Assembly (NCBI GenBank): GCA_951406725.2
Contig: OX597825.1
Location: forward strand, 17,794,001-17,858,000
Source: Octopus vulgaris
Lineage: Eukaryota
Direction of reading: 5' to 3'
Length of the DNA: 64,000 nt
Shown: positions 35,004 to 47,327 of the stretch, one piece after another
Numbering within the stretch: the first letter of the stretch is position 1
How the letters are laid out: the number at the start of each line of letters is the position of its first letter
Made by a program: the position numbers and the translations under genes
The notes under the pieces: model-generated
Seen by the model: the letters and a program-made list of their open reading frames with translations, nothing else
Database searches by the model: none
Told to the model about the DNA's origin: nothing

Positions 35004-37271
35004 TCCTGCAAAGGAACAAGATCTCATCATAACTGTTGAGGAACTATCAGTGAAGCTTCAATTTGGTCATTCAACCATTTATTGACACCACATTCTATCG
35101 AAAACTCAGCAAATTGGGTCAATGGGTTCTTCACAAACTTTCCGACTATAATCGTGTGTAGAGAGTGAATGTTCTTCTGTGCCGTCACGTCTCACGAATG
35201 AATTTTTTTTCTTTTTTTTGCACCGAATAGATACTGGTGACGAGAAATGGGTCCTCTATCAAAATGTGAAGTGCCGAAGAACTGGGTGGGGAAAGGAGAA
35301 ACACCAGCACCCCAGGCTGAAATAAAGTACCAGTCAGGCGTTGAAGTCAATATAATTGACTTACCGCCACCCCTCAGACCTGTTGGCTTTGTACGAAAAC
35401 TTAATGGAAACATAAAGGGAAGCATGAGTGGAGTTGCGTAGATTTCTTTCATAATATATTACACGGAAATATGTCTATAGGACAATTATGGAAGCGCATC
35501 AATCGAACAGGCTTTCCCCATATTCATGACATAATTAGCGCATTAGATTTAAATCGACAAATCGATACTTCTTTTTTTTCTTGAATCGAAACCATTGGCT
35601 TCAGATTTTAACACAAGGCCAGTGATTTTGGTGGAGTGGTTTGGACGATTACATGTAATCTAGTTTTCAACTGGTTTTGAAATTATCGACCTTGAAAGAA
35701 TGATTGACAACGTCGACCCCCGTGGAGGGACTTAAAAACGGACGAAATGCCGCTAAGAATTTTTGTTTGGCGTCCTAACTACTCTGCCAGCTCGTTGCTT
35801 TTTTTCCGAAACTTATATATCAGCACCAAATATATTCCGAAAATGTTTTCACATATGGAGAGTGACTTATTTCACTGTTTGGTACAATCTCATGCCTATA
35901 GAGGAGAATATTTGCTACTCTTACAGAAAGTATTACATACACACACATATACACACAAACATACACACACACACGCACACACACATATACACATACATAT
36001 ATATATATACATACATACATACATGTATCTATACATGAACATACACGCACGCGAGAGGGCACACACACACAAACACACACACTCACACGCGCGCAAACAC
36101 ACACACATATACATACGGGGGAAAAATTTCATTGGTTGAATAGTATAGAATTCTAAAACAGACATTTAGATCAGATGGTCAGCACAGCTCTGCATGGTGT
36201 ATTCGAGTTTCCCAGCCCAGAATATTAACAACACTCTCGACACCAGTCTGTGATGGAGATTAACAAAAATCTGATAAGCTTTATATGGAAAACTTGAGAT
36301 ATTAAAGACTGAATTAGATACTCTAAAACATCAAATAACCTCTGACAGTCAAGTTTCGAGAAAATATGGTAATATCTTGTGTTTCAAATTATTATTTTAC
36401 ACTGGATTTTGCTGTCGTTTTGTAAGCCACAAGATTTTGACATATGTTCAATAAATGTATTTGTTTCAAACTCCTTATTGCATTTTTGATAGTTTATATA
36501 TACCTGACAGAATATGAGAATTTCTTTCGACAAACTTGGACCTTATCTTTACGCGACGTCATCGAAATATTTCGATCCGAAGTTTCTCAATAATTCTCTC
36601 GTTTTTTTTTTTGTTTTTCACAATAAAATCAAACCTGAAATGGCCCCGTGAAATCTTAAGAATATATTTACATCTTCAGTCATACATTTGGCTAGCTCAG
36701 TAGTTGGTCTTCGTGAATTAATCTGCCGTTGTCTACTTCAACATTTGAAGTCTTGCGCCAAGCTTAGAAATCAATATTGAAAACAATCTATTGAAGAATA
36801 AGACAATGCTTCTGTTCGTGAGAAAGTTTACAGAAAGTTTATTGTTTTCTGGATTTATGCTTAACCTTATTCAACTTTAATCAAATGTTATCCATTTTCA
36901 TGGCCGTCGACTAGAAGATATAATTGCAATTGCTCATTGTCACGAATGCAAACAGCTTATAAGACATAGAACTATTAACTGATGCTAGCGTTTGTCACAA
37001 GAAAGTGGAGGAAAAGGAAACTATAAACAATAATGAAATTTAGGTTTCAATGGGTTTTCGTGACAGTTTTTTTCTTCCTTCTTGTTCCTGTATAATGCAC
37101 CACAATTAAATCATAGCAAGTAATTCTCTTCCACTCGACAATGGATAGGTATTATTTCTTAGTTGTGTAATTTGAATAATATATGTATATATATGATACA
37201 CATACACGTATACAGACACGTATATATGTCTATATATATTTATATGTACAAGTTTATATTTGCATCCACGA

Positions 37272-37306
<35 letters not shown>

Positions 37307-37464
37307 ATGCCTATAGAGGAGAATATTTACTACTCTTAGAGAAAGTATTACATACACTCACACAGAGATATATATACATACATGTATCTATAAATAAACA
37401 TACACGCACTTGACAGGGCTCACACACACACCCACACACTCACACATACACATAGATACATATA

Positions 37465-37538
<74 letters not shown>

Positions 37539-37556
37539 TGTTCACACTGCACGTTC

Positions 37557-37812
37557 ATGTTCACACTGACACGCTTAAGACAACATGCTGATCCACGTAT
37601 ATCTATATATATATATGTGTGTGTGTGTGCATGTGTATATACGCACAGGCACATATATAAATTCATACACACGCACACATAGACACACTCACACCTGCAT
37701 ACACATGCACAAACGCACACAAACACATACACACACATACATACACACACACACACACGTATATATATATATATATATAATCAAAATAAGCAACAAGGAT
37801 ATCCAGAAGTAA

Positions 37813-37861
<49 letters not shown>

Positions 37862-38081
37862 GTGTGTGTGTGTGTGTGTATGTATGTGTGTGTATGTGTC
37901 TGTGTGCGTTTGTGCATGTGTATGCAGGTGTGAGTGTGTCTATGTGTGCGTGTGTGCGCGCGTGTGTATAAATTTATATATGTGCCTGTGCGTATATACA
38001 CATGCACACACACACACATATATATATATATATAGATATACGTGGATCAGCATGTTGTCTTAAGCGTGTCAGTGTGAACAT
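37557..38081. repeat. Large local inverted duplication (~220-260 bp arms)
   Basis: atgttcacactgacacgcttaagacaacatgctgatccacgtat recurs as an exact reverse complement ending at 38081; the centre (37779-37816) is the terminus of the 10548 element family. Confidence 0.9.
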
Positions 38082-38777
38082 TCCTATATTGTCAATTTTC
38101 TATGGCGTCCTTGTATATTCACTGCAACTTATGTCATCTGATTCTAAATGTCAAAAGAATTTCACCAAACTCCATATAATAGTTTATCACGGGGAAAAAA
38201 AATATATGTATACACTTGCTTTTTTATTAGGTGTCGAGATATCTAGTAAACATGTTCCGATGAAAGTCTTGAACACTTTAAAGACATATTAACAATAATA
38301 CTATTAACAAATCGATAATAAGGGCATAATCATGTTACGTCATTGATTATTCGTATAAATTTATTTAAAACCTAAATGGAAAGCATTAATTCTTCCTCTT
38401 TAAAGATATTATACAATGTAGAAAATCTTATCACAAATAATAGCCAGAATTTCTGTGTTCTTTATATGTCTATCCCGCCTATTTTGCTTAGTGAAAATTT
38501 CGATGCTGTAATTTTTCAAATCTATTGCTTGCTATCACGAAATTAAAGAATAACGTGTTTACGAAACAATAACGTACGTTCAGAGGTGAAGTTCTAGTAT
38601 AAGAAATGATCGCTTGAACCTTTTAAATATTGATATGTTGAATATCACGAAGATTATTAGCGAAAATATCATTTAAATATTATTTTAAAATATACACACG
38701 CAAGCACACGTTTATATATAAGTGTGAATATAAATACACATATGTGAGTAAGTATATGCATATGTGAATACACACAC

Positions 38778-38844
<67 letters not shown>

Positions 38845-38847
38845 ACG

Positions 38848-39043
38848 GGGATGCACTTGTATAGAAAGTGACCTGAACTCAGATCGTGTGCTGGAACGAA
38901 AACAATTGCAGCGTGGAAGGTGTTTATAAGCCATTTAAGTAACACAAAAACCATTAGATTCACTTCAACGTTTAAATATTTTCAAAATATTTTCGTCGCT
39001 TTAAGACCGCGACCTGTTTACTGACAAAACACCGTGCTGCATC
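38848..39043 (-). mobile_element. Single arm of the 57676-57979 element family, between (TA)n tracts, with degenerate hammerhead-like motif (38980-39028)
   Basis: Shares aaacaattgcagcgtggaaggtgtttataagccattt...tttcgtcgctttaagaccgcgacctg; minus-strand core reads GUAAACA (G5 changed to A). Confidence 0.8.
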
Positions 39044-39044
39044 T

Positions 39045-39104
<60 letters not shown>

Positions 39105-39189
39105 ACGATCAGAGACACACATTACTACAACAGAATGTCGATGAAGGTAACATTTACATTTGCAAAATATCTTCAGACACGGTTTCAAA

Positions 39190-39330
39190 TTAATAGGACC
39201 AAGACGAAGGACCTATTCGAAGTTCTTCTCAAAAGTACAATGAGGAAAGCATGCGCCACATTCCGGAGATGTGTTGAAGCTGTAGTGGAAATTGAGGCTG
39301 GCTACATGTAGTAAACTGTTATCCCTCAGC
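39190..39330 (+). mobile_element. Short maT/Tc1-like transposase C-terminal remnant
   Basis: Translates RKACATFRRCVEAVVEIEAGY, similar to the ACxxFRxRxEAVxxAxGG terminus of these transposases. Confidence 0.6.
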
Positions 39331-40121
39331 CACAATCTATTTGATATTTGTTGATTGTAAAAATATGCTTTCATTATTGGATGGATTAATGCGTTTTTCG
39401 TTTTGGGATTTGGTTTGCAAGATTCTATATATGAATTCGTGTGTTGAAGCATATTCTGTTGTGTCTGGGGAGAGTCGTTTTCTTTTTGTGCCTTATAATG
39501 TAACACACTTACCAGTAAAATTTCCACTTATTTCATATTTTTATTTCCTTAAAATTTTCGTTGCGCCTTGCAGACTTTTCAATAGTCTTATGTTTTCTTT
39601 ACCATTTATGCAAACTGCCAAGTTTAACCCGAACATCCTGAAGACTTTTACCCATGTATATTCGTATTTCATTGACTGTGTCATATACAGTTATATATGT
39701 AACACTTGTCATGTGCTTAAGTGCCAGGAGTTATATAGATGACAAATATTATATTATATTTGTAATTTCCCTGCTATAAAACATATTTTCCCTTTACCCA
39801 TAACTTTGCAATTATTTCAGAATACTTTATAGTGTGATTGCTTTGTTAATTTGTTCGTTCTTCTTTGATTTACAACCCAAATGTATGTGACGTCATCCAC
39901 TGTAAAACACTTTGAGGCTAATCGTTTTTGTCTCTTTATTACCTGCCATGTTCAATAATTTCCAGAATGTCTCATCTCATCAAGTATTTTCAGGTAATTA
40001 CTTTTTTCTATATGTCCATTTTCCCCCGTTTGTTTAATTCTAATCGCTGCATTGCACTGATTACCCCGCTGACATAACGTACTCCGTGCTGAATTGTCTC
40101 GATTTGATGAACGAAAACTCG

Positions 40122-40158
<37 letters not shown>

Positions 40159-40909
40159 GCTACTACTACTGCTGTTGCTGTTGTTGTTGTTGTTGTTCTT
40201 GTAGTTGTTAAGCAACAAGACGGGTAAGGTTGATTAGGTGATGGTCTAGGGCTTAGGTGCGAGGGACCCCAGACCTAGGAAAAAAACACTTTGGTCGTCT
40301 TGTTGTAGTCGAGCGCTCTCAAACACACACACAGTTGTGTATACTCATGTGTGTGTAAGCTTGTGCATGTGTATAATGTAAGTGCACGCATGCATAAACA
40401 CACAGACACACACACACATGTATGTAAACAAGTTAATTGTTTCAGTCATTAGCCATCGACTATGCAGGGACACCACCTTGCAATATTTAACCGCCCCAGT
40501 ATTTGTTCTTAAAATCTGGTGGTTAGTCAATCGTTTTCTTTTATCGAACCGCTACGTTACGGACACATAGACACATCAGGACTAGTTGTTAAATGATGGT
40601 CGTGGGCAAACACAAGCACAAAGCCACGCAAAACACACTGACTCACACGATACATAGGCGGACAAGAGAAGCAACAATTAGAAGGACAGGCAAAAAAAAG
40701 ATGGGTCATTCTTGGCTTTCTTTCTTCAGTCAAGTACCAGAACTCACGACCGTGTCGGGCTGTTACACTTGAGATGGCTCAACCTGGTTGTCCCCAAAAC
40801 TTCTAAGCTAAGAGTATTAGACCCATTGGTAAGAAAGCTAGTGAATGTGTACGGTAAGAAAGACAAAGAAAAATAAATAAAATAAACAAAATGCGGAGAA
40901 CGTGGAGCG

Positions 40910-42150
40910 TGTGTGGCCAATGTTTTCTCTATTGAAAATTCTGACAAGATGTCATTTACAAGTTATTTATTCAAGCGAGAAAGAAGGATACTAGTCAGAA
41001 CTTTGCCAGCTGCTGACAGTGTGCCTGTATTGTTTCCACACTTTATTTTGACACTTTTTCCTTTATTAAGAGGAAGAAAATTTGTATGCATCTTCTCTTT
41101 CAGGACAAAGTCAGCTCTCCACTCTACAGTACAAAATTCGTGAATCTTATTTTGACAAATTCCGTGACTTAAGCGCAAATACCTTCCTCCCAGGTTCTTG
41201 GCAATATTCGATTTACTTATTTCTGTTACTACCTCGTCTATTGAGGAGGGTGTAGTGTCCAAGGCTGGTGATACGCGTTTGTTGAATAGTCTCAATTACA
41301 GCATCATCTACACGTTACTCGCGGTTTAGAATCTTAGAAAAATGTTCAATGCAATTACCTGATCATCCTCCTTGTAAAGCAAAGGAGCCGATGCAGAAAC
41401 GTAGGTCCTCAAAGTTACTTCATAAGATAGTGGACCTTCTTCCCGTGATTTGCATCTGCAGAAGCAGGAATATAAGAGGCAAGGCTTTCTCACCACGTAC
41501 TTTAAACCAGTCTGATTGACCATAGCATATTCCAGTGTTTGAGTTGCATGTTGAAACACCTGGTTTCGGAACTCCTCCCATGTTGTAATTACTTCGATCG
41601 CGAATCAACGATTCCGAAGTTTCTTGCGTTATTGCTTTTTGGATGATGAAATATTTTTAAGGCTTCAGACAGTAACCGATTCCTTCAGGGCTCTATTTTC
41701 TCGTGTCTTTTCCGATCAAAAAGGTAAACAAAAGCTGCGCACCGTGCGTTTGTACTGACGTAGCACCATTAGACATGTTGAGACAGACCCTTTTCACTCA
41801 TCGTGTAAAGGTCATTGAACGCCTCCTTCAGAGATGTTTGAGACACATGATGAATGTTAGCGGGTCCTTACTGATTCCAGATTCAGAGGTATTGAGGGGA
41901 GCCGAGATTTTAAGCACTGATACGATGGCGTACAATGGACACATTTTTCAGATGAATGATCTCTAAAGAGATACGATAATACGATGAACTTGTTTGTGAA
42001 AAGCGCCCCTTGCAGTAACCAAAACTACTTTTTCAGAATTTTGCTAAGTACTTGTTGAAGCCATGTGAAATTTGAAAGGTCAGTTGGGAAAGCAATGCTT
42101 GTCGTTACAACCAATGGAGGAAATTTGTAGAGGAAAGGATGGGTATTTTT
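40910..42150 (-). mobile_element. Heavily decayed RTE-type LINE (endonuclease-RT linker and start of RT)
   Basis: LDTTPSSIDEVVTEISK...KIKCGNNTGTLSAAGKVLTSILLSRL matches the CGNYRGISLLSxAGKVLARILLNRL RT entry motif; QSDWF resembles HQDWF. Upstream boundary uncertain. Confidence 0.7.
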
Positions 42151-42369
42151 AAAGAAATGTCAATTTTTGTGCTGAACTCAATGCAGCTACTCGAAAGGCA
42201 CTGCCGATACTACAGACATGTACATCTATCAAGAGCTGAGCTCATAACTCATAGCGGAGGCATAAGTGCATAGTCTTGTCTTCATGCACAGTGCTCTTAG
42301 TTGTTGCTGATTACCTCCTTCGCTCATGAGTGGATGGCTATCATATATGTATTTCCGAACGCCATATTC

Positions 42370-42429
<60 letters not shown>

Positions 42430-43124
42430 TTATATATATAAATGAGTGTTTGTGTGTGCGTATTTCGATGACGCCCACCTGACACTCTTATTTTTCACAA
42501 TAGGTTGCTAAACAAGCAGTTTCGAAAAAATAAAACATTTTTTAACCGCAGTCATTCTTGTATATTTATAATTTTCTTTTTTATATAAATAAATCGTTGC
42601 TTTCATTTATTTATTTATTTGAATAATGTCAGACTATATGCACACACGATATGATTTTGTTATTATTGTACTATGCAGTAAATCCGGCATTGCTATCTTG
42701 CTGAATTTTCTCGATTTTTTTATGCTGCAAATGTTTCTCCCATCGCTCGTTCTTGCGTAACCATGATCAGAGATACTTGTTCCCTTTTTTATGCATGTAT
42801 CATTTGATACGACCTATCATTTTATTAGTTTTCTTTCTGCTTAACAAATTATCCATGTAACATGTTTTCGTTCCAGTTTACTATTCCCATCTTCTATTAT
42901 ATTTCTAATTGTTTTTTTCTTTCTTTTCTCCTGATGGTCTGTGTGGCTGCACATGTCAGAATATCGTAAATTTTCTTCACCACATTCTTTGTCACTTCTA
43001 AAAGTAATGTATCTGTTCGTATATTCTAACACTACTTCTTGGATGTAACTCTATACTCCTCGATAAAAGCTTTTTGCTGCGTTTAATTATTTATTGCAGT
43101 TCATTTTATGACAACTTGAAGAAA

Positions 43125-43411
43125 AGCTGGACAATATATCGTTAACACGTCGGGCTAAATGCTTAGCGGCATTTCCTTGTGCACTCTCTGTTGTCAGTTC
43201 AAATCCCGCTGAGGTCGACTTTGTTTTCATCTGCTCGAGGTCGGCAGAATAAAGTACCAGTAAGACGGCGAGCTGGCAGAAACGTTAACACACCGGGCGA
43301 TATGCTTAGCAGTATTTCGATTGCCGTTACGTTCTGAGTTCAAATTCCGCCGAGTTCGACTTTGCCTTTCATCCTTTCGGGGTCGATAAATTAAGTACCA
43401 GTTACGCACTG
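43125..43411 (+). mobile_element. Two tandem SINE family C units
   Basis: ggcgagctggcagaaacgtt...gagttcaaattccgccga...tttgcctttcatcctttcggggtcgataaattaagtaccag. Diverged copies near 12175, 20585/28114, 21540/29073, 25735/33289, 35600 and 63570. Confidence 0.8.
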
Positions 43412-43568
43412 AATACAATGGATATGAAATAGTTTAAAAGAGAAATTAGTTTTAAAAATTCAAGAAACTTGAGAAATCGGAGTTATAGGAAATTTCTTAG
43501 AACAGGAAATTATATAAATATTTCCAGACTGTCAACCTTCTAATAATTGCTTTCTCCATTATAATATA

Positions 43569-43896
43569 TATATAATTAAAAGGGCAGGCAACAGGTTGCT
43601 CTGCCGCATACCGAAAGAATTAGAATGCTGGTGGCATTTGATAAATCTAAAGAAGATGGTGCTGACGAAAGACTTTAGGCAATTTCTCGCCTAGGATCTA
43701 GATACATATTCACCATTAACGGTAAGAGATTGTTTTCGTTTATTTGCTACTCCGAGTTTGCGTATGTGAATCGCAGGGTTATGTCGTATTTGGAACCTAC
43801 ACTTGTAGAAAATGAAAATAAACAATCTCTGACTGCCATTTCTAATTCTTTCGGTATGCGGCAGAGCAACCTGTTGCCTGCCCTTTTAATTATATA
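43569..43896. mobile_element. Short element with perfect 57-bp terminal inverted repeats and internal degenerate hammerhead-like motif (43656-43716, plus)
   Basis: 43569-43625 is the exact reverse complement of 43840-43896. Interior reads ATGGTG CTGACGA [hairpin agactttaggc/gcctaggatct] GATA CATATT CACCAT. Confidence 0.8.
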
Positions 43897-44024
43897 CTAC
43901 TATATATACTGAACTCCACAGAAGTTCTAGACGCTAAAAGTCATATTTACATACCGAAATTTACCGGTAAATAATTGTTGGTTGTCTAAAAAAACCATCG
44001 AAAAAAAATTATTTACCCTTTTAT

Positions 44025-44122
<98 letters not shown>

Positions 44123-45817
44123 TGTGTATGTGTGTGTGTGTGTTTAATATATGTTCGCTATATACACATCTTTGTTCTGCTGTATAAATAAGACAGCTCA
44201 AATATTCATCTAAAGATTTTCTGAAGAAGGGGTCCTAACCCTGAAATACTGAATTAAAAGTTGCAAGTAGAAACGATCAACCTGCATTATTTTTGAGAAC
44301 TTGCATTTTCTTGGCTTTATAACAAAAAACAATATTAAAAATATTTACACACACATACGGCCAGAATCACACACATACATATACACATGCCTACATATAT
44401 ATATATATATATATGGCGGTAGGTAAGTGGGTAGGTAGATAGGGAGTTCGATCAGTTGGCCGGTTGGTTGGTAGATAGGTAGGAAGGTGGGCTGGCATGC
44501 AAGCATGTTTGCAAATTTCACTTCTCGTTGGAAGACTGGAATCGTAAAGTAACTGTCAATATGCTGATGCATTGTCTCACGAAACGCGGGCAGATAATTA
44601 CATATATTCCTGTACGTTTATATCTACATATTATCTATTTGTTTTCATGTTCGTGTGTTTGCATGTACATGTGATTGTGAGTGGGGGTGTTGCGTGCAGA
44701 ATCTGTGTATACGCAGTTTTAATTTTATCTTTATTTGAATGTATTCATGTCTATGTTTATTACAATATTACATTCAAATTGTCACTCGATAACAAACGTT
44801 ACCTGCTGAATAGATTCTGAATAGATAGAGAAAATAAATTTTACTGAACAACGAAGTACCATAAACGTTAGTTAATATAACGCCGATAAAACTGATGTAA
44901 ATATAATAGCTAAAGATTATATAACAAAGCTTGTCCTCTAGTGGCCGACCACTAAGGTCATCGTTGCTTGAGCATTGGCAAGGAACACAAGTCAATAAAA
45001 AAGTCCGTTCTTTTTCGGACACAAACAAAGAACGGGAAACATAAACTGCGGACGAGATTAAGCCTTTCTTGAATACTCTTTCAGACAAAGGCAGACTGAG
45101 AAGCTGTACTGTCAGTAAATGTTCTTGTATTAGTAAAAGACTGAAAAGTACAAATAATGAGAACCACTAAAAGAAAAAAAAATAAGATATCCATCTGACG
45201 TGGGTGTTAAGGAAAATCGGAGTGAGAAATAACCCACATCGAATAAATATCGGAGAGTAACAAGGTAATCTTATATTGTTACCCAGCCTACTAAATATAG
45301 CAGGTAAATCCCTCGCGAATTTCATAGAATCTTAAAAATTACCTAGCCTATTTAAACTTCCGCATAGAGATGCTCCTTCTTTGTGGTGACTTTAATGCCT
45401 CAGAGAAGAGAATTTTTCGGCAGCATTTAACCCGAACGAAGTTTTGACCAAGATAATTATGAAATATATCGAAAGTACCAAATTTATGCTGGTAGAGTAA
45501 CATTTTTTCTTCAGTTCACCATATGCTCTGCAATTAATTTAACATTTGATATATTAAAGATATGCAACCGAACATCATACAGAGTGAGATGTGTTTCATC
45601 TTTCAAATGTCATTATTTACAAAAGTATTTTCGGACATTATTTCAGTAGCTTCAATGATGACTGCTTTGCAAAATTTTTGCCCGAATATCTAAATACCCT
45701 TCGATTCTTTCGACTATGCCCGCGATAAAGTATTTGCCACAAGTTAAAATGTTATATTTAAGCTGTATACATACATACATACATACATACATACATACAT
45801 ACATACATACATACATG

Positions 45818-45866
<49 letters not shown>

Positions 45867-46077
45867 TTACACACACGTAAACATAAAGACGAATTCAATG
45901 AGTTACCATAGAAAAATATTCATTAATTTTGTGAAACATGATGTAAAGACACTATGTCTGCCCACTATTACTCCGTCGTGTTCCCTCTTCACGGTGACTA
46001 GGTAACTGTAGAGAATATGCATTTAGAAGTTGAAATACGTAACAAACATATTTCAGCTAATCTAAATTTTGCATATA

Positions 46078-46714
46078 AACGTAGTCTAATCAAAAATATC
46101 CGGACTATTGCCATAGAAACGAAGCTAAACCATGCAGAGTGAAACCACTTGACTCAAATTGACCTTAAACATTGTTGTGCATGTGCACTAAGTTTTAACG
46201 TTCTAGCTCACTTTCTCCCGTTTTATAGCATTTCTTGTAATGAAGGTGTGTAGCGTGTGATCGTAGCGTTGATCATGACACGGTAAGTTGAGCCGAGAAT
46301 ATACATAAAAGTTTGCCAAAACCTTGGTAATACCTGCCCAGTGGCCTACATAAAGTCTTGAAAAGGTTTCCATCGTTCTCGATTCAATCAACAAGTCTTA
46401 TGAAAATGAAACCTGAGTGTCCTTTCCGTCAGAGTCCCAAATCCAAATCTTCGGTGATAATGCACTGAACTGAACCGAACTAATCTGTACATCCTCTAAT
46501 AACTCATGGATGGTGATTCGTCGATTTCCTAAAGCTGCACGCAGATCTGCGATTTGTTTTACAGTTTTGCTTGTTGCGGGTTTCTCAGAACGTTCGTCAA
46601 TGTCGACATATTTTCGGCCATCATGGAAAAGTATGAACCAATTATACACTTGTGTATGGCTCATACACTCTTCTCGATGGTAACAGTCCAGATACATATT
46701 GATCAGACGTCGTA
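46078..46714. mobile_element. Non-autonomous mariner with both TIRs and an internally inverted transposase fragment
   Basis: Left TIR cgtagtctaatcaaaaatatccggactattgccat and right TIR atggtaacagtccagatacatattgatcagacgtcgta. Plus strand MTR*VEPRIYIKVCQNLGNTC; minus strand EECMSHTQVYNWF...DERSEKPATS...RRITIHEL. Confidence 0.8.
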
Positions 46715-46757
46715 TATGCATGTATATGTGTGTATGCATGCGTATATATATATACAT

Positions 46758-46811
<54 letters not shown>

Positions 46812-47284
46812 GAGAAAGAGAGATGGTAAATAAATACATGTCTGAAGCAGTAAGACATGTCTGCAGCTGATCAATTACCTACAGAAAAAAAAAATCGACT
46901 ATTTTCCTAAAAGGCCTATCATTTCTCTCAAATGCTCGAGTCATGAAATTATCTCCCCTTCTTATTCACATTCGCTTGCAATGTCCAGGAGTTATTTTTC
47001 TTACTCTGCCGTCGAAGCGAAGATAATAAACCAATAAATCAAGAATTTATCTTTACGGGGTCTTAAATATAAGTTTATTCGCTTTTGTAGTCTGAAGTTG
47101 AAGCCATTGTCCACACGAAGCTGTTCCTCTTAACACCCTTTTGTTATGCATTTGTGTACCTATTTATATATCCATATACGCGCACGTGCCCGCACACAGA
47201 CAGACACACACACACATACACATAAACACACTCATACACACACAAACACACTTTCACTCACACAAATCTTTCTATCTAGTTATA

Positions 47285-47327
<43 letters not shown>

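Noticed and set aside
36561-36576. 16-bp perfect palindrome atcgaaatatttcgat
   Set aside because: Isolated, AT-rich and without supporting context.
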